Shown here in pieces: positions 14,225 to 21,857 of a stretch of DNA of 32,000 bases (within the stretch, counting starts at the first letter, position 1; each line of letters begins with the position of its first letter). The position numbers and the translations under genes were made by a program. Under the pieces are notes generated by a model. It was not told where the DNA came from, ran no database searches, and worked only from the letters and a program-made list of their open reading frames with translations. Source of the stretch: Copranaerobaculum intestinale (GTDB lineage Bacteria > Bacillota_I > Bacilli_A > Erysipelotrichales > Erysipelotrichaceae); NCBI RefSeq assembly GCF_009831105.1, contig NZ_WUUQ01000005.1, positions 1 through 32,000 of the forward strand. The letters are read 5' to 3'.

Positions 14225-16085
14225 AACCTTAAAAGAGATGTTCGACCTGCTGAAACTCATTCATTCTCTGGATCGGTCAATGATACCGCTATATATAATC
14301 ACATCCTTTTCACAAGCGGTTGAACCGTTTATTACCATTATTGGAAATGCCATGATCATTGATTCCTTGTTACTGCATGACTGGAAGCAGGCAATGATGC
14401 AGGCAGGGGTGATGATCACCGGGTTATTTATCTTTGGTATTTTACACAGTTATTTGATGAAGAAGAAAGAATGCGCTAGTATGGCGATCAATCGCAAATG
14501 CAACGGTAAAATATGCCTGAAAGCTATCTCTCTGGATTATGCGACTTTTGAAGATAAAAAGAATTTGGAAGAATTTGAAGCTGCGGATTATAATGTTAGC
14601 CGCAATGGCGGCTTTGGTATGTATCTGCTGGAGTTATCCAATATGCTTACCGGCTGCTTCAGCTTTATGTTTGCAATTGGATTTCTGGTAAATCTGTGTC
14701 TTATGGAATCACAGCGTGGTACGCCATTTGACTTTCTGACATCGACGAAAGGGTCGCTGATCATAGTTACGGTTATTATGGTTCTATTGATTTTCCTCTA
14801 TATGCGATTTTCAAAATACGTGAATCAGAATAATTTAAAATTGTATTATGAGATGGTGGATGTGAATCAGAAGTTGGGTTATTTTTCAAATCGCTTGTGT
14901 TCGGATGAAAAAGTGGCAAAAGAAATTCGTCTTTATCATATGAAGGACATGATTTATACAGAATGGAAAAAGTTCACGATGGAAGCACATCAATTTTTAA
15001 GTAAACAGTGGTCTTTTGAACGTTTATCGTTGATGACTTCTTCGTTTTTGAATGATGCTGTACTTTTGTTAGCCTATCTCTTCGTGGTGATAAAGGCTTA
15101 TGCAGGAGCAATTACGATTGGTTCCTTTACCCAATATGTCGGTTCGATCCAACAGTTGAACGATGGTCTACGTAAGATGGCAGAGGCAGTGAATCAGTTG
15201 ATCGTTAAGCAATCATATTTGTCTTTTTATATTGATTTTATCAATAAAGAAAATCAGATGGATACCGGTACTCTGCCAGTGGAAAAACGCAATGATAATG
15301 AATTCGAGATTGAATTTCATGATGTAAGTTACCATTACCCAGGAAGTGATATGTATGTATTAAAACACGTATCAGTTAAACTGGATATGAAAAATCATTT
15401 TGCGGTAGTAGGACGCAATGGGGCAGGCAAAACAACCTTTATTAAATTGCTTTGCCGAATGTATGATGTCAGTGAGGGCATGATCACTTTGAATGGAATT
15501 GATATTCGTAAGTATGATTATGAAGAATATCTGAATTTGTTCGCGGCTGTCTTTCAAGATTTTGCATTGTTTTCTTTCCCGATCGATGAAAATATTGCGT
15601 GCAGCCGTGATGCGGATGAAAAACGTGTTTGGAATGTATTAGATTGTGCCGGTATGAAAGAACGAGTTGAGAAATTGCGGGATGGAATCCATACGCTGTT
15701 GTTTCATCAAATGGGTGATGGAGTTGATATATCAGGTGGTGAAGCACAAAAGCTTGCGATTGCCCGTGCCTTGTATAAGGATGCGCCGTTTGTGATCTTA
15801 GATGAGCCAACAGCAGCCTTAGATCCGATTAGTGAGTATGAAATATATTCACATTTTCATGAAATGGTAAAGAATAAAACCAGTATCTATATTTCTCATC
15901 GAATGAGCAGCTGCCGTTTCTGTGACGATATTCTAGTTTTTGATCAAGGTGAATTGGTGCAGCGTGGCAATCACGAAGCATTATTAAAAGATACTAATGG
16001 TGTTTATGCGACCTTATGGAATGCCCAGGCCCAGTATTATAACGATCATGGATCCGAAGAAGTGCTGCCTGATAGCTGTATTTGA
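14208..16085 (+). CDS. ABC exporter, fused permease/ATPase half-transporter; probable heterodimer partner of the upstream gene
   Basis: It has Walker A GRNGAGKTT, signature ISGGEAQKL, Walker B FVILDEPTA and H-loop ISHRM. An AAAGGAGGTG RBS precedes the ATG at 14208. It overlaps the upstream stop by 17 nt. Confidence 0.9.
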   Translation: MKRVYKTLKEMFDLLKLIHSLDRSMIPLYIITSFSQAVEPFITIIGNAMIIDSLLLHDWKQAMMQAGVMITGLFIFGILHSYLMKKKECASMAINRKCNGKICLKAISLDYATFEDKKNLEEFEAADYNVSRNGGFGMYLLELSNMLTGCFSFMFAIGFLVNLCLMESQRGTPFDFLTSTKGSLIIVTVIMVLLIFLYMRFSKYVNQNNLKLYYEMVDVNQKLGYFSNRLCSDEKVAKEIRLYHMKDMIYTEWKKFTMEAHQFLSKQWSFERLSLMTSSFLNDAVLLLAYLFVVIKAYAGAITIGSFTQYVGSIQQLNDGLRKMAEAVNQLIVKQSYLSFYIDFINKENQMDTGTLPVEKRNDNEFEIEFHDVSYHYPGSDMYVLKHVSVKLDMKNHFAVVGRNGAGKTTFIKLLCRMYDVSEGMITLNGIDIRKYDYEEYLNLFAAVFQDFALFSFPIDENIACSRDADEKRVWNVLDCAGMKERVEKLRDGIHTLLFHQMGDGVDISGGEAQKLAIARALYKDAPFVILDEPTAALDPISEYEIYSHFHEMVKNKTSIYISHRMSSCRFCDDILVFDQGELVQRGNHEALLKDTNGVYATLWNAQAQYYNDHGSEEVLPDSCI

Positions 16086-16244
16086 GATGGTGCTGTCAGG
16101 TCAACTGCCTGTCTGCATATAATATGAGGATATGTGTTTCTATTTTCCCTTAAAAATAATCATGCCTCATGAACAAAAATCTGATGGTTTCGTACTGTCG
16201 GATTTTTGTTATAATGAAGATGCAAATGAAGGGCGGTAGAAACC

Positions 16245-17252
16245 ATGAATACGTTATGTGCCATTGGGGAAGCTTTGATTGATTTCATTCCGGATCAGCA
16301 GGGAAAACTGAAGGAGGTCACCGGTTTTCAGCGGGTAGCCGGAGGCGCCCCTGCGAATGTTGCAGGAACAGTATGTCGGCTTGGCGGTCAAGCAAAACTT
16401 TTAACTAAGCTGGGTCAGGATGCTTTTGGTGATTATTTACTTGATCAAATGCAGAAAAGCGGGATTGATACCAGTCAAATTTTAAGAAGCACTGACTATG
16501 ATACATCATTGGCATTTGTATCGTTAAGTGCGGATGCGAACCGTGATTTCAAGTTTTATCGACGTACGGCTGCGGATTTGCAGTATGCCCCCAAGGATGT
16601 GGATGAACATGTTTTAGATGACTGTTCAATCATGCACTTTTGCAGTGTATCCTTGGTTGAATCACCGATGAAATACGCGCATAAGAAATTGATTGAGTTA
16701 GCTATCCGAAATAAAAAGTGGATTAGCTTTGATCCTAATCTTCGTTTATCACTTTGGGATAATGAGGAAGCATGTCAAAATGCCATCCGTGAATTTCTTC
16801 CCTATGCTGATATTTTGAAATTGTCTGATGACGAGGTATCCTTTATCACCGGATGTGATACGGTTGAGGAAGCGCTGCCGATGCTGTTTTCCGGACGTTG
16901 TGAATATTTGCTGTATACCATGGGAAGGCATGGATCCCGTTTATATCGTCGTGACGGTACTTGCTTAGAGACTGCGGGAATACCGGTTCAAGCCCTTGAT
17001 ACAACTGGGGCTGGCGATAGTTTTATCGGTGCTTTTCTTTTCTGCCTTTTGTCGGATGACAGTGTATATTGGCAAGACCTTGATAATGAGCGATTGCAGG
17101 ATTATTTAATATTCGCAAATGCTTATGCGGCCTGTATGGTGTCACGTATTGGTGCTTTGACGAATCTGGCAGATCGTGAAGCATTTCGGGAGTTTATAAA
17201 TAAGCATAGACAGCTTCTGCCAGCTGTTCCGCGCATGTTTAAAGAAAGCTAG
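16245..17252 (+). CDS. PfkB-family carbohydrate kinase, fructokinase-like
   Basis: LCAIGEALIDFIP...GGAPANVA is at the N-terminus, and DTTGAGDSFIGAF is the ATP/anion-hole motif near the C-terminus. Confidence 0.8.
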   Translation: MNTLCAIGEALIDFIPDQQGKLKEVTGFQRVAGGAPANVAGTVCRLGGQAKLLTKLGQDAFGDYLLDQMQKSGIDTSQILRSTDYDTSLAFVSLSADANRDFKFYRRTAADLQYAPKDVDEHVLDDCSIMHFCSVSLVESPMKYAHKKLIELAIRNKKWISFDPNLRLSLWDNEEACQNAIREFLPYADILKLSDDEVSFITGCDTVEEALPMLFSGRCEYLLYTMGRHGSRLYRRDGTCLETAGIPVQALDTTGAGDSFIGAFLFCLLSDDSVYWQDLDNERLQDYLIFANAYAACMVSRIGALTNLADREAFREFINKHRQLLPAVPRMFKES

Positions 17253-17261
17253 GATCAAAAT

Positions 17262-18065
17262 ATGGAAATGAAAGATTTGCGGATACAATGTGAAAATTGC
17301 TTTGGATTATGCTGCCGTGCTTTGTATTTTTCAAAAATGGATGGTTTTCCCGAGAACAAGCGAGCGGGCAAAGCTTGTTCTTATCTGTGTGCAGCTTCAC
17401 GCTGTTCCATATATTCTCAATTAGGTGAAAAGCATTTAAAAGGGTGTATGAACTATGATTGCTTCGGTGCAGGTCAGCATATGAGTGCCTGGATCAAACA
17501 ACAAAATATTTATATAACAGATAAACAAATGGATACTGCCGTGATGGAGTCTTTTCATAAGCTGATGAAGCTTCATCAACAGTTGTGGTATTTAAAACAG
17601 GCGATTTTGCTGATTGAAGAACATCATCTTCATATTGATACAACAGGGGAGCTGGAAAAGCTGGAAATTCTGCTGAGGAAGGAACCGGATAAGATAACAA
17701 AACCGGATATAGAAATCTCTCATGATGCGGTAAATGGTATTTTAAGAAGGGTATCTGCTTGTATCCAAACAAAGTATGCAAATGATACACACATAATTGG
17801 CAGTTCTTTTTTAGGAAAATCATTTAAAAAACAGTCTTTGAAAGGATGTGATTTCAGTATGAAGCTTTTGATTGGCTGTGATTTTACCGATGCAGATTTA
17901 GCTTACGTGAATTTCCTTGGAAGTGATGTCCGAGATGCAAATTTTTCAAATGTTGATCTTCGTTGCTCCTTATTTCTGACCCAATTTCAAATAAATAGCG
18001 CAAAGGGAAATAAAGCGACGATGCTTCCGGATTATCTGAAGCGTCCCCGAACTTGGAATAAATAA
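17262..18065 (+). CDS. Cysteine-cluster (YkgJ/CxxCxGxCC-like) domain fused to C-terminal pentapeptide repeats
   Basis: The N-terminus reads CENCFGLCCRALYF...KACSYLC...RCSIY...GCMNYDCFGAG. The C-terminus reads CDFSMKLLIGCDFTDADLAYVNFLGSDVRDANFSNVDLRCSLF. Confidence 0.7.
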   Translation: MEMKDLRIQCENCFGLCCRALYFSKMDGFPENKRAGKACSYLCAASRCSIYSQLGEKHLKGCMNYDCFGAGQHMSAWIKQQNIYITDKQMDTAVMESFHKLMKLHQQLWYLKQAILLIEEHHLHIDTTGELEKLEILLRKEPDKITKPDIEISHDAVNGILRRVSACIQTKYANDTHIIGSSFLGKSFKKQSLKGCDFSMKLLIGCDFTDADLAYVNFLGSDVRDANFSNVDLRCSLFLTQFQINSAKGNKATMLPDYLKRPRTWNK

Positions 18066-18103
18066 AAATCACAGTTTTCAAATATGAGGACTGTGATTTT
18101 TTT
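18066..18103 (+). terminator. Rho-independent terminator
   Basis: AAATCACAG (18066-18074) pairs with CTGTGATTT (18091-18099), followed by a T-run. Confidence 0.7.
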
Positions 18104-18187
18104 CACGTTCAATCTGAGTGATGAACCATATTTCATTGGCTGGATTATGGTTTGAATGCAGATTGTATTCTTATTTTTAATACGATC

Positions 18188-18601
18188 TTACTCGATGATG
18201 CGCTGGTAAAGCGCTTTGAATAGCAGAAATAATCCCACTGCCAAGAGAATGTGACCGATTCCGGCAACACCGCTGATGGCTGCGTCTGCACCGCGATTAA
18301 GGGTTAAGGATAAAACCTGTGGAATTCCACGTACGATCATCATGAAGATGGTCAAAAGTAACCCGCTGTTATATATATACATGAACGGTTTGAATGCTTT
18401 AGCCTGTGTAATCTGGAAGTTTTTCTCTACCACAATCAGAAGTAAAAACAGAAACATGCCGAGCACCAGTGTGTGTACGTGCAAAAATCCAATCGCAGTC
18501 GTGCCCGTGAATGCATTGAATTTTGTGAATTCCCGATAAAATACGCCAAGCAGCAGTCCCAATACCGCATAAAATGCCGCTGTTTTAAATAATTGTTTCA
18601 T
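18188..18601 (-). CDS. DUF2871-family integral membrane protein
   Basis: MKQLFKTAAFYAVLGLLLGVFYREFTKFNAFTG...HVHTLVLGMFLF matches my recollection of DUF2871. A GGGAGG RBS precedes the ATG at 18601. The longer track ORF would overlap the upstream gene. Confidence 0.7.
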   Translation of the reverse strand: MKQLFKTAAFYAVLGLLLGVFYREFTKFNAFTGTTAIGFLHVHTLVLGMFLFLLLIVVEKNFQITQAKAFKPFMYIYNSGLLLTIFMMIVRGIPQVLSLTLNRGADAAISGVAGIGHILLAVGLFLLFKALYQRIIE

Positions 18602-18674
18602 AGATAGCCTCCCTGTTTTTTTGTACATGTACATTGTAGACAGGTTGAAAGACGGGGTCAAAGCATATGCCCGA

Positions 18675-19697
18675 TCAATAGCGATTATGAACAACCTCTG
18701 CAAAGCATAGCAGATCGTCTATCAGTAAAACTGTACCGTCGTCCAGTATTGCAGTACCGCTCATATACCCAAATACCTGATGCTGATCCGTAACAATAAG
18801 AACGGCCGATGTCTTCGCAGCTCGATCTAGGATCGGTCGGAATTTCATTTCAAAGCGCTGATCGCTGGAAGTAAACGTCCATGGCTTCATCATGTCATCC
18901 TTTGGTATATGAAAAGTAACGTCATCGAGCTTATGCCCGATTCCATCATAGAAAAGCATATTCTCAGTGGCGGCGGATGTATCACCAAAACCATAACCGA
19001 GGTTGAATCCGAAAGGTTTGCCTTGAACGACACCATTGCCTGAACTCCAGTACCAAGTGTTGTCGTAGGTCCAAACGCCGCGTCCCCAATCTAATGTACC
19101 AAAGTCAGTCTCTGGATGAAAAATGTAGGTTTTTCCATCAAACTCTACTTTTCCTTCTGCCCGCATCCCATTGATTTTTTGATTATAATAAAAGGCATGC
19201 TTCTTGTTTTTCCAAGGTGTAGCGATTACCATTGTATCCATCGGCGGTTGATGAAGAAGGATATCACAGGTAAAGGTCTTGCCCCGATAAAAGTTTTTAA
19301 ATTGACATTGAATTTGTCTGGTTTGATCATGTTTCTCGAAATGAAGACTCAGTCGTTTATCCTCATAATGAACATTGCCTTCTTCTGAGGTTGATGGCAT
19401 ATGCAGTTTCCCCATCGGGAAAGCGTTCAGTATAGTTTCCGTGTGTTCCCACTTTCTTTGAAAGTCGAGGAGGGAAACCGACTGTAGTCCGATATAGCCA
19501 GCATCTGATATGGTGAAGGCTACGCCAAAGCCATTTCCGATCATTAAATAGTAATCCCATTCCTTAATGCGGAAGGCGGATGCCTTGATCTGATTCCGGG
19601 AATAAGCTTGGATGAGGGAACGTGACCATCCCGGTTCCTGAAGCTCTCCTTTGTCATTCAAAAGCGGATGCTGCTCAGTGACTTCATGATTGCGCAT
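18675..19697 (-). CDS. DUF2804-family protein
   Basis: The 340-aa product contains EWDYYLM, ATPW...FYYNQK and LDWGRGVWTYDNTWYWSSG, blocks typical of DUF2804 as I recall it. Confidence 0.7.
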   Translation of the reverse strand: MRNHEVTEQHPLLNDKGELQEPGWSRSLIQAYSRNQIKASAFRIKEWDYYLMIGNGFGVAFTISDAGYIGLQSVSLLDFQRKWEHTETILNAFPMGKLHMPSTSEEGNVHYEDKRLSLHFEKHDQTRQIQCQFKNFYRGKTFTCDILLHQPPMDTMVIATPWKNKKHAFYYNQKINGMRAEGKVEFDGKTYIFHPETDFGTLDWGRGVWTYDNTWYWSSGNGVVQGKPFGFNLGYGFGDTSAATENMLFYDGIGHKLDDVTFHIPKDDMMKPWTFTSSDQRFEMKFRPILDRAAKTSAVLIVTDQHQVFGYMSGTAILDDGTVLLIDDLLCFAEVVHNRY

Positions 19698-19829
19698 ACT
19701 TGTTCTCCTTTGCTTATCTACCCTCTATTCTAGTTCCTTTTTTGGTAAATGAAAATGGGAATTGTATTTTCTCTAATTTTATGAAAATAAAATGCTTTCT
19801 ATGGTATCATTATAGGCGAGGTGATTGCT

Positions 19830-20135
19830 TTGAAACTGATGTTGATCATTATAAATGAAGAAGATAAAGATGAAGTTATGAAGGCGCTGAATGAACATCA
19901 ATTTCAGGCAACAATGGTATCGACAACTGGGGAATTTTTGCATTATGGCAATACGACATATCTATTGGGTGTTGAAGATGAACAGATAAAGGAAGTAGAA
20001 TCGATTATTCAGGATAATACGACGATTCGCTGTGAAATGATTGAAGATATGCCTGATGCAAAGAATTTGAATGATCCAGGACGTGCCACCATATTTGTTG
20101 TTGATGTAAAGCAATTTCATAAAATAGGGGGATAA
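19830..20135 (+). CDS. darA: PII-like cyclic-di-AMP receptor, DarA/PstA (DUF970) family
   Basis: (M)KLMLIIINEEDKDEVMKALNEHQFQATMVSTTGEFLHYGNTTYLLGVED...ATIFVVDVKQFHKI is collinear with B. subtilis DarA as I recall it. The TTG start at 19830 follows a GGCGAGGTG RBS. Confidence 0.75.
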   Translation: MKLMLIIINEEDKDEVMKALNEHQFQATMVSTTGEFLHYGNTTYLLGVEDEQIKEVESIIQDNTTIRCEMIEDMPDAKNLNDPGRATIFVVDVKQFHKIGG

Positions 20136-20138
20136 ATT

Positions 20139-20648
20139 ATGCTGGGTGTGGGGGAACAGGCACCAGAATTTGAACTGATTGGTGCGAATGGCAAAATCTT
20201 TAGACTTTCTGATTATCGCGGTAAGAAAGTTCTTTTGTTTTTCCTGAAAGATATTACTAGTGGCTTTGGCACATTAAATATTTTTGCTGCGATCGATGCT
20301 GCTTATGAATCACTGGAAGCACTTGATCTAATCGCTATTGGAATTTGTCCTAATTCAATGAAGCAGCTTTCTCCATTTTATGAAGGTATTCCCATCTATA
20401 CACCCTTGCTGTATGATTACCGCCGCATGATTGCGCGCCGTTATCAGGTTGAAAAAGACTGCATCACTTTTGGTAATGCCTATCGAACTGTTAATGAATG
20501 TGCGTATATCATTGATGAAAATGGGTATATTGAAAAACAGTATCGAACTTTTCGCTACCAGCAGTGCCGGGATATGGTTTTGAAGGATCTTAGAAAGTGG
20601 GAAAAGAAACGGTTGAAGCAAGCTTCTCACCCGAGTTCTCAGGTATAG
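20139..20648 (+). CDS. Peroxiredoxin/Bcp-like thioredoxin-fold protein lacking the peroxidatic cysteine
   Basis: The N-terminus GEQAPEFELIGANGKIFRLSDYRGKKVLLFF is AhpC/TSA-like. Where the PxxxTxxC motif should sit, the sequence reads LKDITSGFGT. The gene starts 3 nt after the darA-like stop. Confidence 0.7.
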   Translation: MLGVGEQAPEFELIGANGKIFRLSDYRGKKVLLFFLKDITSGFGTLNIFAAIDAAYESLEALDLIAIGICPNSMKQLSPFYEGIPIYTPLLYDYRRMIARRYQVEKDCITFGNAYRTVNECAYIIDENGYIEKQYRTFRYQQCRDMVLKDLRKWEKKRLKQASHPSSQV

Positions 20649-20759
20649 CGGAACAGCAAAAATAATTATTTAAGATGATGATGTGAACTTACCATTTTTA
20701 GTGAAAAAACACGATTAAATAGTCCTTTTTCAAAAAGTTTAAAATTTTCAGATTTTATG

Positions 20760-20788
20760 TTGACATATATTTTAGGTGATGATATTAT
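20760..20788 (+). promoter_or_regulatory. Sigma-A promoter of the tRNA cluster
   Basis: TTGACA (20760-20765), a 17-nt spacer, then TATTAT (20783-20788), about 40 nt upstream of the first tRNA. Confidence 0.55.
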
Positions 20789-20830
20789 ATTAAAGCGCCA
20801 AGAAAAAGCGCAAGCCAATACAAATAAGAT

Positions 20831-20906
20831 GGAGGTTTAGCTCAGTTGGGAGAGCGTCTGCCTTACAAGCAGAGGGTCAGCGGTTCGAGCCCGTTAACCT
20901 CCACCA
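20831..20906 (+). tRNA. tRNA-Val (anticodon UAC), CCA encoded
   Basis: A cloverleaf was folded by hand: acceptor GGAGGTT/AACCTCC, anticodon loop CTTACAA, T-loop TTCGAGC. Confidence 0.9.
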
Positions 20907-20914
20907 TTTTATTT

Positions 20915-20990
<76 letters not shown>

Positions 20991-21006
20991 TTTTTATGAA
21001 AGTGCC

Positions 21007-21090
21007 GGGGGGGTAGCGAAGTGGCTAAACGCGGCTGACTGTAACTCAGTTCCTTTTGGTTCGACAGTTCGAATCTGTCCCCCCCCACCA
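21007..21090 (+). tRNA. tRNA-Tyr (anticodon GUA), class II with a long variable arm, CCA encoded
   Basis: Acceptor GGGGGGG/CCCCCCC, anticodon loop CTGTAAC, a 12-nt variable arm, and T-arm GACAG TTCGAAT CTGTC. Confidence 0.85.
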
Positions 21091-21113
21091 TTACTTATCG
21101 ATCTTGCAATCAT

Positions 21114-21189
21114 TGGGGTATAGCCAAGCGGTAAGGCATCAGACTTTGACTCTGACATTTCTCTGGTTCGATTCCAGATACCCCAGCCA
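21114..21189 (+). tRNA. tRNA-Gln (anticodon UUG), CCA encoded
   Basis: Acceptor TGGGGTA/TACCCCA, anticodon stem TCAGA/TCTGA, loop CTTTGAC. It resembles Bacillus tRNA-Gln. Confidence 0.85.
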
Positions 21190-21208
21190 ATCTTTACTGC
21201 ATATATTT

Positions 21209-21284
21209 GACCCGTTAGCTCAGCTGGTAGAGCATTTGACTTTTAATCAAAGGGTCGGGCGTTCGATTCGCCCACGGGTCACCA
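21209..21284 (+). tRNA. tRNA-Lys (anticodon UUU), CCA encoded
   Basis: Acceptor GACCCGT/ACGGGTC, anticodon stem TTTGA/TCAAA, loop CTTTTAA. Confidence 0.9.
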
Positions 21285-21292
21285 ATGATTAT

Positions 21293-21366
21293 GCGGATGT
21301 AGTTCAATGGTAGAACTTCAGCCTTCCAAGCTGACTACGTGGGTTCGATTCCCATCATCCGCTCCA
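21293..21366 (+). tRNA. tRNA-Gly (anticodon UCC), CCA encoded
   Basis: Acceptor GCGGATG/CATCCGC, anticodon stem TCAGC/GCTGA, loop CTTCCAA. Confidence 0.9.
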
Positions 21367-21377
21367 ATAATAAACAT

Positions 21378-21401
21378 AGCCCTCATCCGAAGGGCTTTTT
21401 T
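21378..21401 (+). terminator. Rho-independent terminator of the tRNA cluster
   Basis: AGCCCT pairs with AGGGCT around a 7-nt loop, followed by TTTTTT. Confidence 0.7.
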
Positions 21402-21456
21402 AATAATTGATCATTTAAAGAAGAACAAGAAAAACATATTTGAAAGGACGAAATCT

Positions 21457-21678
21457 ATGAAAAGACCACATTTTGATGTTTTACTTCACAAAGAGGAACT
21501 TAGTCGTCCCCAAAAAGTTCAAGAACAAATACGAAAAAATATAGGATCAACTAACATTGATAGAATAATTAGTGAGAGTGGAGAGAATAAGAAACCAATT
21601 AAGGGGTTCATTAGGATTGTTGAGTGGACAATAATTATGATTGTTATAAGTATTATGTTTTGCCTATGGATATTTTAA
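21457..21678 (+). CDS. Small hypothetical protein with one C-terminal transmembrane helix
   Basis: The ATG at 21457 follows an AAAGGA RBS. The 73-aa product is MKRPHFDVLLHKEE...VEWTIIMIVISIMFCLWIF. This is the only part of track ORF 21307..21678 that does not overlap a tRNA. Confidence 0.4.
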   Translation: MKRPHFDVLLHKEELSRPQKVQEQIRKNIGSTNIDRIISESGENKKPIKGFIRIVEWTIIMIVISIMFCLWIF

Positions 21679-21857
21679 TAAATTATTGACTATTCATGAC
21701 GCAAGAACAAACAGCTTACGGAAACATGCATAGTTAAATCATGAATATGTTGTAAATACTTCATAGCTTGCTTATAATAAGGAATATACATGCATACCCC
21801 TGATTTCTGCTGATGTAAAAGCGCAGAATCGTTTTTATAGATAAATGAGGTATTCAG

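Noticed and set aside
18602-18703. N-terminal extension of the DUF2871 ORF
   Set aside because: It would overlap the 3' end of the DUF2804 gene. The internal ATG at 18601 has a GGGAGG RBS and starts the protein at the family-typical MKQLFK...FYREFTKFN.
21056-21456. Track ORFs 21056..21313 and the 5' part of 21307..21678
   Set aside because: They run straight through tRNA-Tyr, tRNA-Gln, tRNA-Lys, tRNA-Gly and the cluster terminator. Only the segment from the ATG at 21457 onward is kept, as a low-confidence small protein.
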